From: an uncultured Acidobacteriota bacterium
GTDB lineage: Bacteria > Acidobacteriota > Terriglobia > Terriglobales > Acidobacteriaceae
Direction: 5' to 3'
Assembly (NCBI GenBank): GCA_963758005.1
Contig: CAVWTR010000001.1
Span: 7,737 to 71,736 of the forward strand
Length of the DNA: 64,000 nt
Positions 38,266 through 47,426 of the stretch are shown here, in pieces; position 1 is the first letter of the stretch; each line of letters begins with the position of its first letter. Both the position numbers and the translations under genes were made by a program. Under the pieces are notes generated by a model. It ran no database searches and had not been told where the DNA came from. It saw only the letters and a list, made by a program, of their open reading frames with translations.

Positions 38266-38445
38266 GTGAAGATTTGGGAAGGCTCCTGCGAGGCGCAGGT
38301 CAACATGCTTCACTGGCCTAATCGGTTCCAATATTCAGATTCAATATCGGTTCAATGCTGCAGCTACGGCATTCGCCGTATTGCTGTACGCGCTGCCTGT
38401 CCGTTAAGTTGGCACTGCGTAACCAAAATGAACTTGGTAGTCATG

Positions 38446-38471
38446 GGTTAGCGTCGATGGTTAGCATCGAT
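38446..38471 (+). repeat. 13-bp tandem duplication (intergenic)
   Basis: Units are ggttagcgtcgat / ggttagcatcgat. Confidence 0.85.
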
Positions 38472-38563
38472 TATCAGCTTTCGGCATTCGGACCCTCACG
38501 ACTATCCGCCTCGGACTGGCGATGTGCCGGGCGGGAGCTAGTTCGCACAAAGGAGACCACTCA

Positions 38564-38896
38564 ATGAGAAAACTGATAACGATCCTCTTCGCGCTTAGCC
38601 TGCTTACTTTCTTTAGCCTGGCGGCTCAAGACGCCACGCAGCAGGACAACGTGCAATCCGGTACCACGACTACCGCGACGAAAGTCGCGCACATCACCGG
38701 TAAAATCAGCGATGACGGCAAGACGTTCGTGAGCGACAGCGACGGCAAAAGCTATACCATCAACAACCCGGATGCTGTTAAAGGTCACGAGGGGCACCAT
38801 GTCACGCTGAAGGCCAACGTTTCTTCCGATCAGACCTCGGTCGACGTTGTCTCGCTGAAGATGGCAGGAAACAGCATGAAGAACTCGCAGAATTGA
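38564..38896 (+). CDS. Small secreted protein with a DUF5818-like beta domain
   Basis: An AAAGGAGA Shine-Dalgarno precedes the ATG at 38564. Signal peptide MRKLITILFALSLLTFFSLAAQ. Domain reads ITGKISDDGKTFVSDSDGKSYTINNPDAVKGHEGHHVTLKANVSSDQTSVDVVSLKM. A terminator follows. Confidence 0.75.
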   Translation: MRKLITILFALSLLTFFSLAAQDATQQDNVQSGTTTTATKVAHITGKISDDGKTFVSDSDGKSYTINNPDAVKGHEGHHVTLKANVSSDQTSVDVVSLKMAGNSMKNSQN

Positions 38897-38936
38897 CAGT
38901 TTGGAAACTGATTGATCCTGCAGCAGAATTAATCCT

Positions 38937-38964
38937 GGGCCAGCATTCTTGCTGGCCCTTTTTT
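38937..38964 (+). terminator. Rho-independent terminator
   Basis: Stem gggccagca / tgctggccc with loop ttct, followed by tttttt. Confidence 0.85.
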
Positions 38965-39031
38965 ACAATCCGCACGTTAACAGATGTTCCACACAACTCG
39001 CAACAATCGCATGCCTGAGGCTTCATCCACT

Positions 39032-39334
39032 TCACCCCTTAGATCTTGAAGCCTTCTTAAACACATAAAAATTCTTCTCGTCCGCCAGGGTCTCGATTTC
39101 CAGAGCCCTTGCGGTAGCGCCTCGGTGAACAGCCGAGCGAATATTCGGCAAGCCGATCTCGACGTCAACCAGAGGAATCTCCAAGGCCGAACCTGGAGGC
39201 ACGGTTTCGAGCTCCTGCAAAATCCTTTCTACTAGATCGTGATGCTTCCCGCGTCGGCCCTTCACCAGAGTAGAGAGTTTGACCTGGCGGTATTTGGGAT
39301 TGTCCGGCACACCCGGCTTTCCGGATCTGGCCAT
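39032..39334 (-). CDS. Hypothetical protein (100 aa)
   Basis: A GGAGG Shine-Dalgarno lies 9 nt before the ATG at 39334. The product is MARSGKPGVPDNPKYRQVKLSTLVKGRRGKHHDLVERILQELETVPPGSALEIPL... No family recognised. Confidence 0.55.
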   Translation of the reverse strand: MARSGKPGVPDNPKYRQVKLSTLVKGRRGKHHDLVERILQELETVPPGSALEIPLVDVEIGLPNIRSAVHRGATARALEIETLADEKNFYVFKKASRSKG

Positions 39335-39608
39335 CTTCAAAACCTCCGTTGACAACGAGCCTAACAAACGATAATAATCTGTGTCAATTGAACGATACGC
39401 GCCCCATACGATAATGATATTTATACTATAATACTTTCAGGATTAATTGTTCGCGGGCGCTTGTGTCCGGCAAATAACTTGAATATTCCTGCTCATTTTT
39501 AGTAGAAGGCTTATGCTCGAACTACGGCGTTGAAAAAATCCCGTCCAGCGTAACAATACAGTTCGGGAGTAGCGTTTTCGTCTGTTCGAATCCTGACAGG
39601 TAATTTAG
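39335..39608. promoter_or_regulatory. AT-rich divergent intergenic region (likely promoters for 39334<- and 39609->)
   Basis: This is the only markedly AT-rich stretch in the window. It contains three ACGATA(A/C) motifs (acgataataat, acgatacgcg, acgataatgat) and tatactataatac -10-like sequences. Confidence 0.45.
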
Positions 39609-40748
39609 ATGAAGATGCCACGAACGTCATTCGCGGAGAATGTGCGCGGTTATGGCGTGGCCCTGCTGGCTGCGATCGCAGCTCTGCTCCTTCGCAGACT
39701 GTTGACCCCGGTGTTGGGAGCTCAGAACCCTTACCACACTGCGTGGGCCGCGGTGGTTTTCTCGGTGTGGTATTGCGGAGTGGGCCCGTCCATCCTCACC
39801 ATTCTGGTTGATCTCATCGGCATCTGGTACTGGTTCCTGCCGCCGACTGGCTCCTTTGCCCTTGCCAACCCAAGAGCGGACATCGCCGGAATGGTGGGCT
39901 TCGTAATCTTTTCCGGATGTATCGCTGTATTCGGAGAATCCACTCGCCGTTCTCTGGCAAGAAGCCGCTGGGCCGAAGATCAGCTGCGAGTTGCGCACTC
40001 CGGCCTGGAGCGCAAGGTTCAGGAGCGAACCACAGAATTGAGAATGGCCAACGAAAATCTGGAGGAACTGTCTCACCACCTGCAGCAACTTCGAGACGAG
40101 GAACGGAAACAGATTGCCCGCGAATTGCACGACAGCGTCGGACAGATGCTGGCAGCCTTGAGCATGAATATTGCAAAGGTGCAGTCTCAATCCGACAAGC
40201 TGGACTCAGCGGCGGCCCGCGCGGTCGCAGAAAACGCGGTCCTGGTTCAACAAATCAGCAAGGAGATTCGCACCATTTCGCATCTGCTGCATCCGCCTCT
40301 GCTCGACGTGGCCGGACTGGCATCGGCTGTCCGCTGGTATGCCGACGGTTTTTCGGAGCGAAGCAAGATCAATGTCGAGACTGAGATTCCGGAAGAGTTT
40401 CGCCGGCTTTCCGATGAGATGGAGATCGCAATTTTCCGCATGGTGCAGGAGTGTCTCACCAATATTCATCGTCACTCTGGCAGCGATACTGCGATCGTTT
40501 CGATTCGGGAGGAGGACCACAGCATTATTGTGGAGGTCAAAGACGCGGGCAAGGGCATCCCTCCGGAAAAACAGATGGAGCTGCGTTCCGATCGAACAGG
40601 CGTGGGTTTTCGCGGCATGCGAGCGCGATTGCGACAGTTTGGTGGAGAACTGGACATTCAATCGGACGGTGGTGGGACGTCTGTCACGGCCAAACTCCCT
40701 CTTCAGCCGACTTCGATATCCGTCGTCGATCGGGGAAACGCTTCGTGA
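39609..40748 (+). CDS. Membrane sensor histidine kinase (DUF4118-like TM bundle plus HisKA_3 plus HATPase)
   Basis: Four N-terminal hydrophobic helices. H-box RKQIARELHDSVGQ, N-box VQECLTNIHRHS, G1 KDAGKGI, G2 GVGFRGMRARL. Confidence 0.88.
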   Translation: MKMPRTSFAENVRGYGVALLAAIAALLLRRLLTPVLGAQNPYHTAWAAVVFSVWYCGVGPSILTILVDLIGIWYWFLPPTGSFALANPRADIAGMVGFVIFSGCIAVFGESTRRSLARSRWAEDQLRVAHSGLERKVQERTTELRMANENLEELSHHLQQLRDEERKQIARELHDSVGQMLAALSMNIAKVQSQSDKLDSAAARAVAENAVLVQQISKEIRTISHLLHPPLLDVAGLASAVRWYADGFSERSKINVETEIPEEFRRLSDEMEIAIFRMVQECLTNIHRHSGSDTAIVSIREEDHSIIVEVKDAGKGIPPEKQMELRSDRTGVGFRGMRARLRQFGGELDIQSDGGGTSVTAKLPLQPTSISVVDRGNAS

Positions 40749-41010
40749 ACGACTTCGCGATCCGTTCGATCGTTCAACAGAAATGCAGGATGACGCACAG
40801 TACTTCTCGACACCGTGCCCCACATTGCTGACGAATTCTTTTTTTAGTTTGTATTTTCTTTTCCTTCTCTGCCTTTCTCGCTGACAATCGGAAGTAGTTC
40901 AACGGTTCACATTGCTTTCCAACCCACTCCCCTTCCGCGGCAACTAACTTTAGGAAGTGACTTAAATTGAGAGTCCGCCAAGTCGCGTGCTCTAAAGGGA
41001 GGACTATTTC

Positions 41011-41229
41011 ATGGCAGACGATATGGAAAAGAACCGACAGCAGGGTGGACAGACTGGTCAGCGCAACGATCAGACTGGACAACAGAACAACCAACCCGGA
41101 CAGCAGGGTCAAAACCGTCAGACTGGCCAAACTGGTCAGCAGAGCGGACAGCAGCCCGGACAGAAAAAGGGCGGTCAAGGTCAGAATGAAGAAGACGACA
41201 ATCTTGACAAGCAGCGCCGCGCCTCCTAG
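41011..41229 (+). CDS. Q/G-rich intrinsically disordered small protein (hydrophilin-like)
   Basis: AAAGGGAGG Shine-Dalgarno, then an ATG. The 72-aa product is dominated by GQ(T/Q)GQ repeats (GGQTGQRNDQTGQQNNQPGQQGQNRQTGQTGQQSGQQPGQ). A perfect terminator lies 27 nt downstream. Confidence 0.7.
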   Translation: MADDMEKNRQQGGQTGQRNDQTGQQNNQPGQQGQNRQTGQTGQQSGQQPGQKKGGQGQNEEDDNLDKQRRAS

Positions 41230-41255
41230 TCCAGGGGCCAGTGGCCCTCGATAAT

Positions 41256-41290
41256 GAAGTCCCGGCCTCGCTGCCGGGACTTCTTTTTTC
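41256..41290 (+). terminator. Rho-independent terminator
   Basis: Perfect 11-bp stem gaagtcccggc / gccgggacttc with loop ctcgct, followed by tttttt. Confidence 0.9.
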
Positions 41291-41620
41291 TTTCGAAATA
41301 GAGTCAGGAACCACGGAGAATTTTCCGTTTACCCGTCATCCTTGCATTGTGCGAATTCTGGCGTGTCCGGATAAACAACGGGCATTCCATGAGTTAGCTC
41401 TTGACCCATCCTTGGAAGAGAACTTGCACTAGCTTCCCAAGGACGCAATGCGTCGCCGAGCCTGTGATGGCCAGATTCTTTCATGGGATAGGGCGGTGTC
41501 TACTTCCATCCGCAGCCAGCCGTGGCAACCGGACGATCAGAAACAGCATCTGAAACAGACCTTTCGCTGGAACAATCGTGAAAGCTGCGTGCTCATTCTT
41601 CGCCGCCGGATCGATGATCG

Positions 41621-43948
41621 ATGACCGATGCATCACAGATTGCTGAGGGAGGTCCATGGATGCGCTTGCTGAGTGTTCGGCTGATTGTGTCTCTGATCGT
41701 AGGCATAACGCTGGTGTCGCTGGCGTTCTCCTATTATCAGGTCGTGCAAGAGAAGCGCACACTCCGCGGCGATCTGGAGCGGCGGGCCGAGGTCCTCGGC
41801 GAGAGTCTGGCCGGCAATGTCGAGAAGATAGTGGGAACCGGCTCGAACCAGGCGCTGCAACGACTGGTGCAACGCTTTAGCAATCGGGAAAACTTGATTG
41901 GAGTTGCAGTCTACGACCGGAACGCTGACCTCGTAGCGATGACCCCGGAGCTAGCGAAAATGCTGACTGGGAGTCCGGCAGCGCTGACCCAGGCGCTTCG
42001 CGACAATCACAATGAGAGTTCTTTCGTTAAGTTCGGAAACGACCGCATACTGATTTTCGCCTTGCCCCTGCACCGCGACAGCGAGCTAGCGGGGGCGTTG
42101 GTGATTGTGCATGACGCGGACTACATCCAGGCACAGATGCTTCGGGTGTGGCGGGAAACATTTTTCCGGGTGCTGGTGCAGGTCTTTCTGGTGGTTTTTA
42201 TCACGCTCCTGATCGTACGCTCCAGCATCAGCGGGCCGATTGTGCGCGCCGCGCAATGGATGAGAGCCATGCGCACCGGCGGAATCGCCTCATCCCAGAA
42301 GATGCCGAACCTCGACATGTTCCGTCCGCTAGCCGACGAAGTTGCCACCATGGCTGCAAGCCTGAGCCTGGCACGCAATGCTGCCGAAAACGAGGCTCGT
42401 CTGCGGGAAGCCAGCGAGTCGATGTGGACCGCGGACCGGCTCTCCGTACACATCCAAAGCCGCCTCGCCGGTACGCGGCTCTTCGTCGTTTCGAATCGCG
42501 AACCTTACATTCACCAGCGAGATGGAAAGTCCTTGAACGTGATCGTACCCCCGAGCGGCTTGGTAACTGCTCTGGAACCTGTGCTCAACGCTTGCGATGG
42601 AACCTGGATCGCGCACGGTAGCGGCGATGCTGATCTGGAAACAGTTGATGCTCACGATCGCCTTCGTGTTCCGCCCGATGATCCTCGCTACACTTTGCGG
42701 CGCGTATGGCTAAACAAGCAGGAAGAGGAAGGCTACTACTACGGTTTTGCCAACGAAGGGCTGTGGCCTCTGTGCCATATCGCTCATACTCGACCCATCT
42801 TTCGCGCGTCCGACTGGCAGTCCTATCAGGAAGTCAACCGTAAGTTTACGGTGGCGCTGCTCGAGGAGATCGAAGATATACCCAGTCCGGTAATTCTGGT
42901 CCAGGACTATCACTTCGCTTTGTTGCCGCGGATGATTAAGGAGAAGAGGCCGGACGCGCGGGTGGCTATCTTCTGGCACATTCCATGGCCAAACCCCGAA
43001 GCCTTTGGAATCTGTCCCTGGCAGCGGCAGTTGGTAGACGGCCTGCTAGGGGCTGATCTTGTCGGTTTTCACGTACAGTCGCACTGCAACAACTTCCTGC
43101 AGACCGTCGACCGGGTTGTCGAATCGCGTGTGGATTGGGAGCACTTTTCCGTTCTGCGCAAGGAGCACCGCACCATCGTCCGCCCCTTCCCTATTAGCGT
43201 GGACCTGACCGACGATGAACCTGCGGGAGGCAGCGACAGCGAGTCCAGGTATCTCGAGCGAGCGTCTTTGACCCGCAGTATTGGCTCAGAGGCAACGTTC
43301 CTCGGGATCGGCGTCGATCGGGTTGACTACACAAAAGGAATTCTGGAGCGCTTCCTGGCGATCGAGCGCTTTCTGGAGAAATATCCAGCCTATCAGGGAA
43401 AATTCACCTTCGTTCAGATTGGGGCTCCCAGCCGGACGCACCTGAAGCGCTATCACGACCTGCTGGCCGAGGTGGAAGCAGAGGCCGACCGCATCAACTG
43501 GCGCTTTCAATCAGACCGATGGAAGCCCATCGCGTTTCTGAAACGGCAGCATAGCCACAAGGAGATCACGCCGTATTATCGCGCAGCCGATCTCTGCATG
43601 GTCACGTCGCTGCACGATGGGATGAACCTGGTGGCCAAGGAATTTCTGGCGGCGCGCCAGGACGAACGTGGAGTGCTGATCCTGAGCCAGTTCACCGGCG
43701 CCGCGCGCGAACTGCGCGATGCCCTGCTGGTGAATCCCTACGACATCGATCAGTCGGCGGAAGCCATCCGGGTTGCACTCGAGATGGAACCTGAAGATAA
43801 GCAGCTGCGGATGCACCGAATGCGCCGAACGATAAAAGAACACAACATTTACCGCTGGGCCAGCAATCTAATAAGTGAACTCTGTGAGGTCCGATTGGAC
43901 GCCACGGAAGAAGAACCCGCCAGGCTCCACGCGAGCGCGAGCATCTAG
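41621..43948 (+). CDS. otsA: Trehalose-6-phosphate synthase (GT20) fused to an N-terminal TM-loop-TM-HAMP-like sensor module
   Basis: GT20 motifs are present: [57 protein letters not shown]. The N-terminal ~280 aa contain TM1 [24 protein letters not shown], a loop of ~140 aa, TM2 [19 protein letters not shown], then [18 protein letters not shown]...[15 protein letters not shown]. Confidence 0.88.
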   Translation: MTDASQIAEGGPWMRLLSVRLIVSLIVGITLVSLAFSYYQVVQEKRTLRGDLERRAEVLGESLAGNVEKIVGTGSNQALQRLVQRFSNRENLIGVAVYDRNADLVAMTPELAKMLTGSPAALTQALRDNHNESSFVKFGNDRILIFALPLHRDSELAGALVIVHDADYIQAQMLRVWRETFFRVLVQVFLVVFITLLIVRSSISGPIVRAAQWMRAMRTGGIASSQKMPNLDMFRPLADEVATMAASLSLARNAAENEARLREASESMWTADRLSVHIQSRLAGTRLFVVSNREPYIHQRDGKSLNVIVPPSGLVTALEPVLNACDGTWIAHGSGDADLETVDAHDRLRVPPDDPRYTLRRVWLNKQEEEGYYYGFANEGLWPLCHIAHTRPIFRASDWQSYQEVNRKFTVALLEEIEDIPSPVILVQDYHFALLPRMIKEKRPDARVAIFWHIPWPNPEAFGICPWQRQLVDGLLGADLVGFHVQSHCNNFLQTVDRVVESRVDWEHFSVLRKEHRTIVRPFPISVDLTDDEPAGGSDSESRYLERASLTRSIGSEATFLGIGVDRVDYTKGILERFLAIERFLEKYPAYQGKFTFVQIGAPSRTHLKRYHDLLAEVEAEADRINWRFQSDRWKPIAFLKRQHSHKEITPYYRAADLCMVTSLHDGMNLVAKEFLAARQDERGVLILSQFTGAARELRDALLVNPYDIDQSAEAIRVALEMEPEDKQLRMHRMRRTIKEHNIYRWASNLISELCEVRLDATEEEPARLHASASI

Positions 43949-43995
43949 TGTCTTTAGATTGGATGACTAACGGATTGGATGAATAACGGATAAGA

Positions 43996-44676
43996 ATGAT
44001 GAGCATAGCCGACACAACTCAACCACGCACTCAGGTGAAGCCATTCTTTTTCAACACTTCGACTCACCTGCTGCGCATCACGAAGTACAAGGCCAATACT
44101 CTGTCGGAACTTCTCGATGGCTTGCGCGAGTGTCCCGAAGAATCGATCTTTCAGCACACCTTCCGAACCTTGCAGGATCATCATTTTCTTTCCACTGGTT
44201 TTTCCAACGACTTCGCGCACTGGACGCTGACGGCCTGCAACGAACCGAAACTGGCTGAAGCGCTGGCAGGCGTCGATGTGCGCGAGTTCACTTCGGTGGC
44301 CGAGTTGCGCGCCCGATTCGTTGAGATCGTGGAAAGATATTTGCAGGACAATCCGGAATCCAGAACCAGCGTCGCGGATGAGGCGTTTTATTTTTGCGCG
44401 GCCGACATTATCGTCATGCCCACGAGCTCTCAGGCGCACACGCTGCACGAATTCACAGAAGGCATCAGAAACGTCAGCGTGCACTCGATTCATCATCATT
44501 TTATCGAGGCCCGGCTGCGGATCAAGCTCATGTCCAATGATTTCTCCCTGTGGCTGCACGAGGATGCTGGCCTGACTGACACTGCGCGCAACTTGAACCG
44601 GATCGATATTTACACCTCGACTCTTGAAAACGTACGGCAACAGATCGTGCGGATCATCGAAAGAGCGTTGACCTAG
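43996..44676 (+). CDS. DUF5752-family protein (trehalose-cluster associated)
   Basis: The 226-aa product reads FFFNTSTHLLRITKYKANTLSELLDGLRECPEESIFQHTF...HHHFIEARL... Family recognition is from memory of DUF5752 proteins that sit next to GT20/GT4 trehalose genes. Confidence 0.65.
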   Translation: MMSIADTTQPRTQVKPFFFNTSTHLLRITKYKANTLSELLDGLRECPEESIFQHTFRTLQDHHFLSTGFSNDFAHWTLTACNEPKLAEALAGVDVREFTSVAELRARFVEIVERYLQDNPESRTSVADEAFYFCAADIIVMPTSSQAHTLHEFTEGIRNVSVHSIHHHFIEARLRIKLMSNDFSLWLHEDAGLTDTARNLNRIDIYTSTLENVRQQIVRIIERALT

Positions 44677-44722
44677 AAAGAGCGTTGACCTAAATGTTCT
44701 CAGCTTATGGTGTTGCCTGATT

Positions 44723-46063
44723 ATGCATCCAGTGAAATCTGAATCCGTAGCCACCTCAACAGTGTCGGAGACAACCTCCGCTCAACCTGTACCCTTGCGA
44801 ACGGAGCGGCGGAAGTCGCCTCGAACCTGGGAGAAACCGCCCGCACCGGTTCCGCCGCCACACTTAGACGACTACCGGAGCGTCGTGGGTTCGGCTGCGA
44901 TTGACGAACTTCACTTCCTTGCCCGCAACCTCAAGGGCAAGACGCTCAAGATGGTTAACTCCACGGCGGTCGGCGGAGGGGTCGCCGAGATCCTGAACCG
45001 CCTGGTGCCGCTGCTCGGAGAATTGGAAGTGGTCACCCACTGGGATGTCATCACCGGAGGCAACGATTTCTTCGAGGTGACGAAGGCATTTCACAATGCC
45101 CTGCAGGGCAGTACGTACGAACTAACGCGCCAGGCGCAGGAAATCTTCCTGACCTGTAACGAGCAAAATCGGCAGCGCATGCAATTTAACGAGGACATTG
45201 TGGTAATTCACGATCCGCAGCCCGCCGCGCTCATTCGTGCCCGGCAGGACTCGCCGGCGCACTGGATTTGGCGATGCCACATCGATCTCTCGAATCCTAA
45301 TCCGCAGGTGTGGCAGTTTCTACGACCGTTCGTAGAGCAATATGACGCGGCAATTTTCTCGTCGCAATCATTTACGCGTCAGCTGTCGATTCCTCAGTAC
45401 TTGTTTTATCCATGCATTGACCCGTTATCCGAGAAGAACAAAACGCTCGACGACAGCTTTGTTCAAAAGGTTTGCGACGAGTTTGGAATCGACCGATCCC
45501 GGCCCATCGTCACCCAAGTCTCGCGCTTCGATCGCTTCAAAGATCCGGTCGGCGTGGTGCAGGCTTTCAAACTTGCCAGCAAATACGTGGATTGTCAATT
45601 GGTACTGGCGGGCGGGGGAGCCAGCGATGATCCCGAGGGTGCGACTGTTCTGGCCGAGGTAAAAGAAGCTGCGGGGGACGATCCCAACATCATCATTCTC
45701 GACCTTCCACCGTGGTGCGCACTGGAGATCAATGCCCTGCAACAGGCTTCGACTCTGGTGATTCAGAAATCGATCCGGGAAGGCTTCGGACTGACCGTAA
45801 CCGAGGCGCTGTGGAAGGGCAAACCTACGATCGCCGGCGCCGTAGGTGGAATTCCCAATCAGGTAATCGATAAGCTCACCGGCGTACTCGTGCACACGGT
45901 GGAAGGCTGCGCCTACCAGATCCGTTATCTCTTGACGCATCCCGAATTCGCCGCTCAGCTGGGCCGTAACGGACGTGAGCACGTGAAGGAAAACTTTCTC
46001 ATGACCACTAACGTGCGGCGATGGCTGTTGCTGATGCAGATTTTACTGGGCAAAACGGGTTGA
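44723..46063 (+). CDS. treT: GT4 glycosyltransferase, TreT-like trehalose synthase
   Basis: N-terminal motif VNSTAVGGGVAEILNRLVPLL...FFEVTKAFHNALQG is typical of TreT-type enzymes. The GT4 C-terminal E-x7-E motif is present (REGFGLTVTEALWKGKP). Confidence 0.75.
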   Translation: MHPVKSESVATSTVSETTSAQPVPLRTERRKSPRTWEKPPAPVPPPHLDDYRSVVGSAAIDELHFLARNLKGKTLKMVNSTAVGGGVAEILNRLVPLLGELEVVTHWDVITGGNDFFEVTKAFHNALQGSTYELTRQAQEIFLTCNEQNRQRMQFNEDIVVIHDPQPAALIRARQDSPAHWIWRCHIDLSNPNPQVWQFLRPFVEQYDAAIFSSQSFTRQLSIPQYLFYPCIDPLSEKNKTLDDSFVQKVCDEFGIDRSRPIVTQVSRFDRFKDPVGVVQAFKLASKYVDCQLVLAGGGASDDPEGATVLAEVKEAAGDDPNIIILDLPPWCALEINALQQASTLVIQKSIREGFGLTVTEALWKGKPTIAGAVGGIPNQVIDKLTGVLVHTVEGCAYQIRYLLTHPEFAAQLGRNGREHVKENFLMTTNVRRWLLLMQILLGKTG

Positions 46064-46288
46064 ATAACAAACTGAGTCGGACCCCTCACCTTCGAGCGGC
46101 TGTGTTCGCCGGTTGCGGGATCCTCTGACCGACTGAGGCCGAAGACTTCGGGACCCTCTTACCCTTCCCCGTCGCTCTCCCTTGTCATTCTCGAAGGTCT
46201 TACTGTCAGTTTTGCCAGTTCGCATTTTCTCGTGAGTGCTCGAAGATCAGGCAGCCGCGATTCCCATGCAGACACGCAGGAGAAATGG

Positions 46289-47281
46289 ATGAAAAGCTAC
46301 AAGACTGTTATCGGATTGTTGGGAGCTTTGTGTGCCCTGATTTTGGCTACGTCGATTGTCTACGCACAAGAAAAGAGCGCCCAGAGCACGGTTCAAGTGC
46401 ACCTGGTCATCACGAATGAGGCCGTACGCGGCGACAGTGAGGTTCCGACGCTGCAGTCAGGTGACGTGAAAGTAAAACAGGGGAAGACTCCTCTGCAAGT
46501 CACCCAATTGATCCCGGCCCAGGGAGATAACGCCGCCCTGCAGCTGTTTATCTTGATTGACGATACGCTCGACTCAGGTGTTGGAAACAATCTCAACGAC
46601 CTTCGAGATTTCATCAACGCCCAGCCCGCACCAACAGCGATCGCAGTGGGTTATATGTCGAATGCGACGGTCAACCTCGTTCAGAATTTCACCACCGACC
46701 ATGCGCTCGCCGCTAAAGCGGTCCGCTTGCCTGTCGGGAGATTGTCGACGATGGATAGTCCCTATCTGTCGCTGATCAGCCTGGTAAAAGGGTGGTCTCA
46801 ACAGAAGGTGCGGCGTGAAGTTGTCATGGTGAGCGATGGCGTCGACCGTCTTCGCGGAGTGGACCCCGCACGCGTAGGACCCAACTTTGGCCCCGTGTAC
46901 CACAGTATGCCCACCATGAGCCCGGATGTAAACTCGGCGAGCGAGATCAGCCAGCGCTATAACGTGCTGGTCTACTCGCTATACGCACTGGGCGTGGGAC
47001 GAGCCGCCCGAAGTTCCTGGGATCTGCAGATCGGCCTCTCGGGACTGGCAAAGCTTGCAGATGAAACTGGCGGTGACTGTTATTCCCTCGGCACTTCCAG
47101 TCTGGTTAGTTTTAAACCTTACCTGGACCGTCTGCAGAAGAGTCTCAACAACCAGTATTACGTGGTATTCCGGGCAATTCCGAAAAAGAAGGCCGGGCTC
47201 CAGCGAGTGAATGTAAGTACCGAAGCTTCGAATTCCGAGATATCCGCTCCCGACAATGCCTGGGTTGATCCCGGCAAATAG
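46289..47281 (+). CDS. VWFA-related acidobacterial-type domain protein (TIGR03436-like), secreted
   Basis: Signal peptide MKSYKTVIGLLGALCALILATSIVYAQE. Body reads VQVHLVITNE...LQLFILIDDT...VVMVSDGVDRL...ADETGGDCYSLG. Confidence 0.7.
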   Translation: MKSYKTVIGLLGALCALILATSIVYAQEKSAQSTVQVHLVITNEAVRGDSEVPTLQSGDVKVKQGKTPLQVTQLIPAQGDNAALQLFILIDDTLDSGVGNNLNDLRDFINAQPAPTAIAVGYMSNATVNLVQNFTTDHALAAKAVRLPVGRLSTMDSPYLSLISLVKGWSQQKVRREVVMVSDGVDRLRGVDPARVGPNFGPVYHSMPTMSPDVNSASEISQRYNVLVYSLYALGVGRAARSSWDLQIGLSGLAKLADETGGDCYSLGTSSLVSFKPYLDRLQKSLNNQYYVVFRAIPKKKAGLQRVNVSTEASNSEISAPDNAWVDPGK

Positions 47282-47426
47282 AATGCTTTCTTGTGACCGA
47301 CAGCTCATTCAACCAGGATCTCGTTATGTTCGAGACGAATCTTGGGGAAAACACGCAGACTTGGCCGAGGCTGTCGTAGAATTCAAGCCTGACGATACTT
47401 GGAAACCTGCGGACCAGGCCTTCTCT

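Noticed and set aside
40774-41178. 134-aa minus-strand ORF rich in L/S/T/V repeats
   Set aside because: It is the complement of the Q/G-repeat gene. Only the plus strand has a strong Shine-Dalgarno plus ATG and a perfect rho-independent terminator.
43954-44754. 266-aa minus-strand ORF
   Set aside because: It is antisense to the DUF5752 gene and spans two intergenic gaps. The plus-strand gene fits the operon (same strand as the otsA and treT-like genes) and has better composition.
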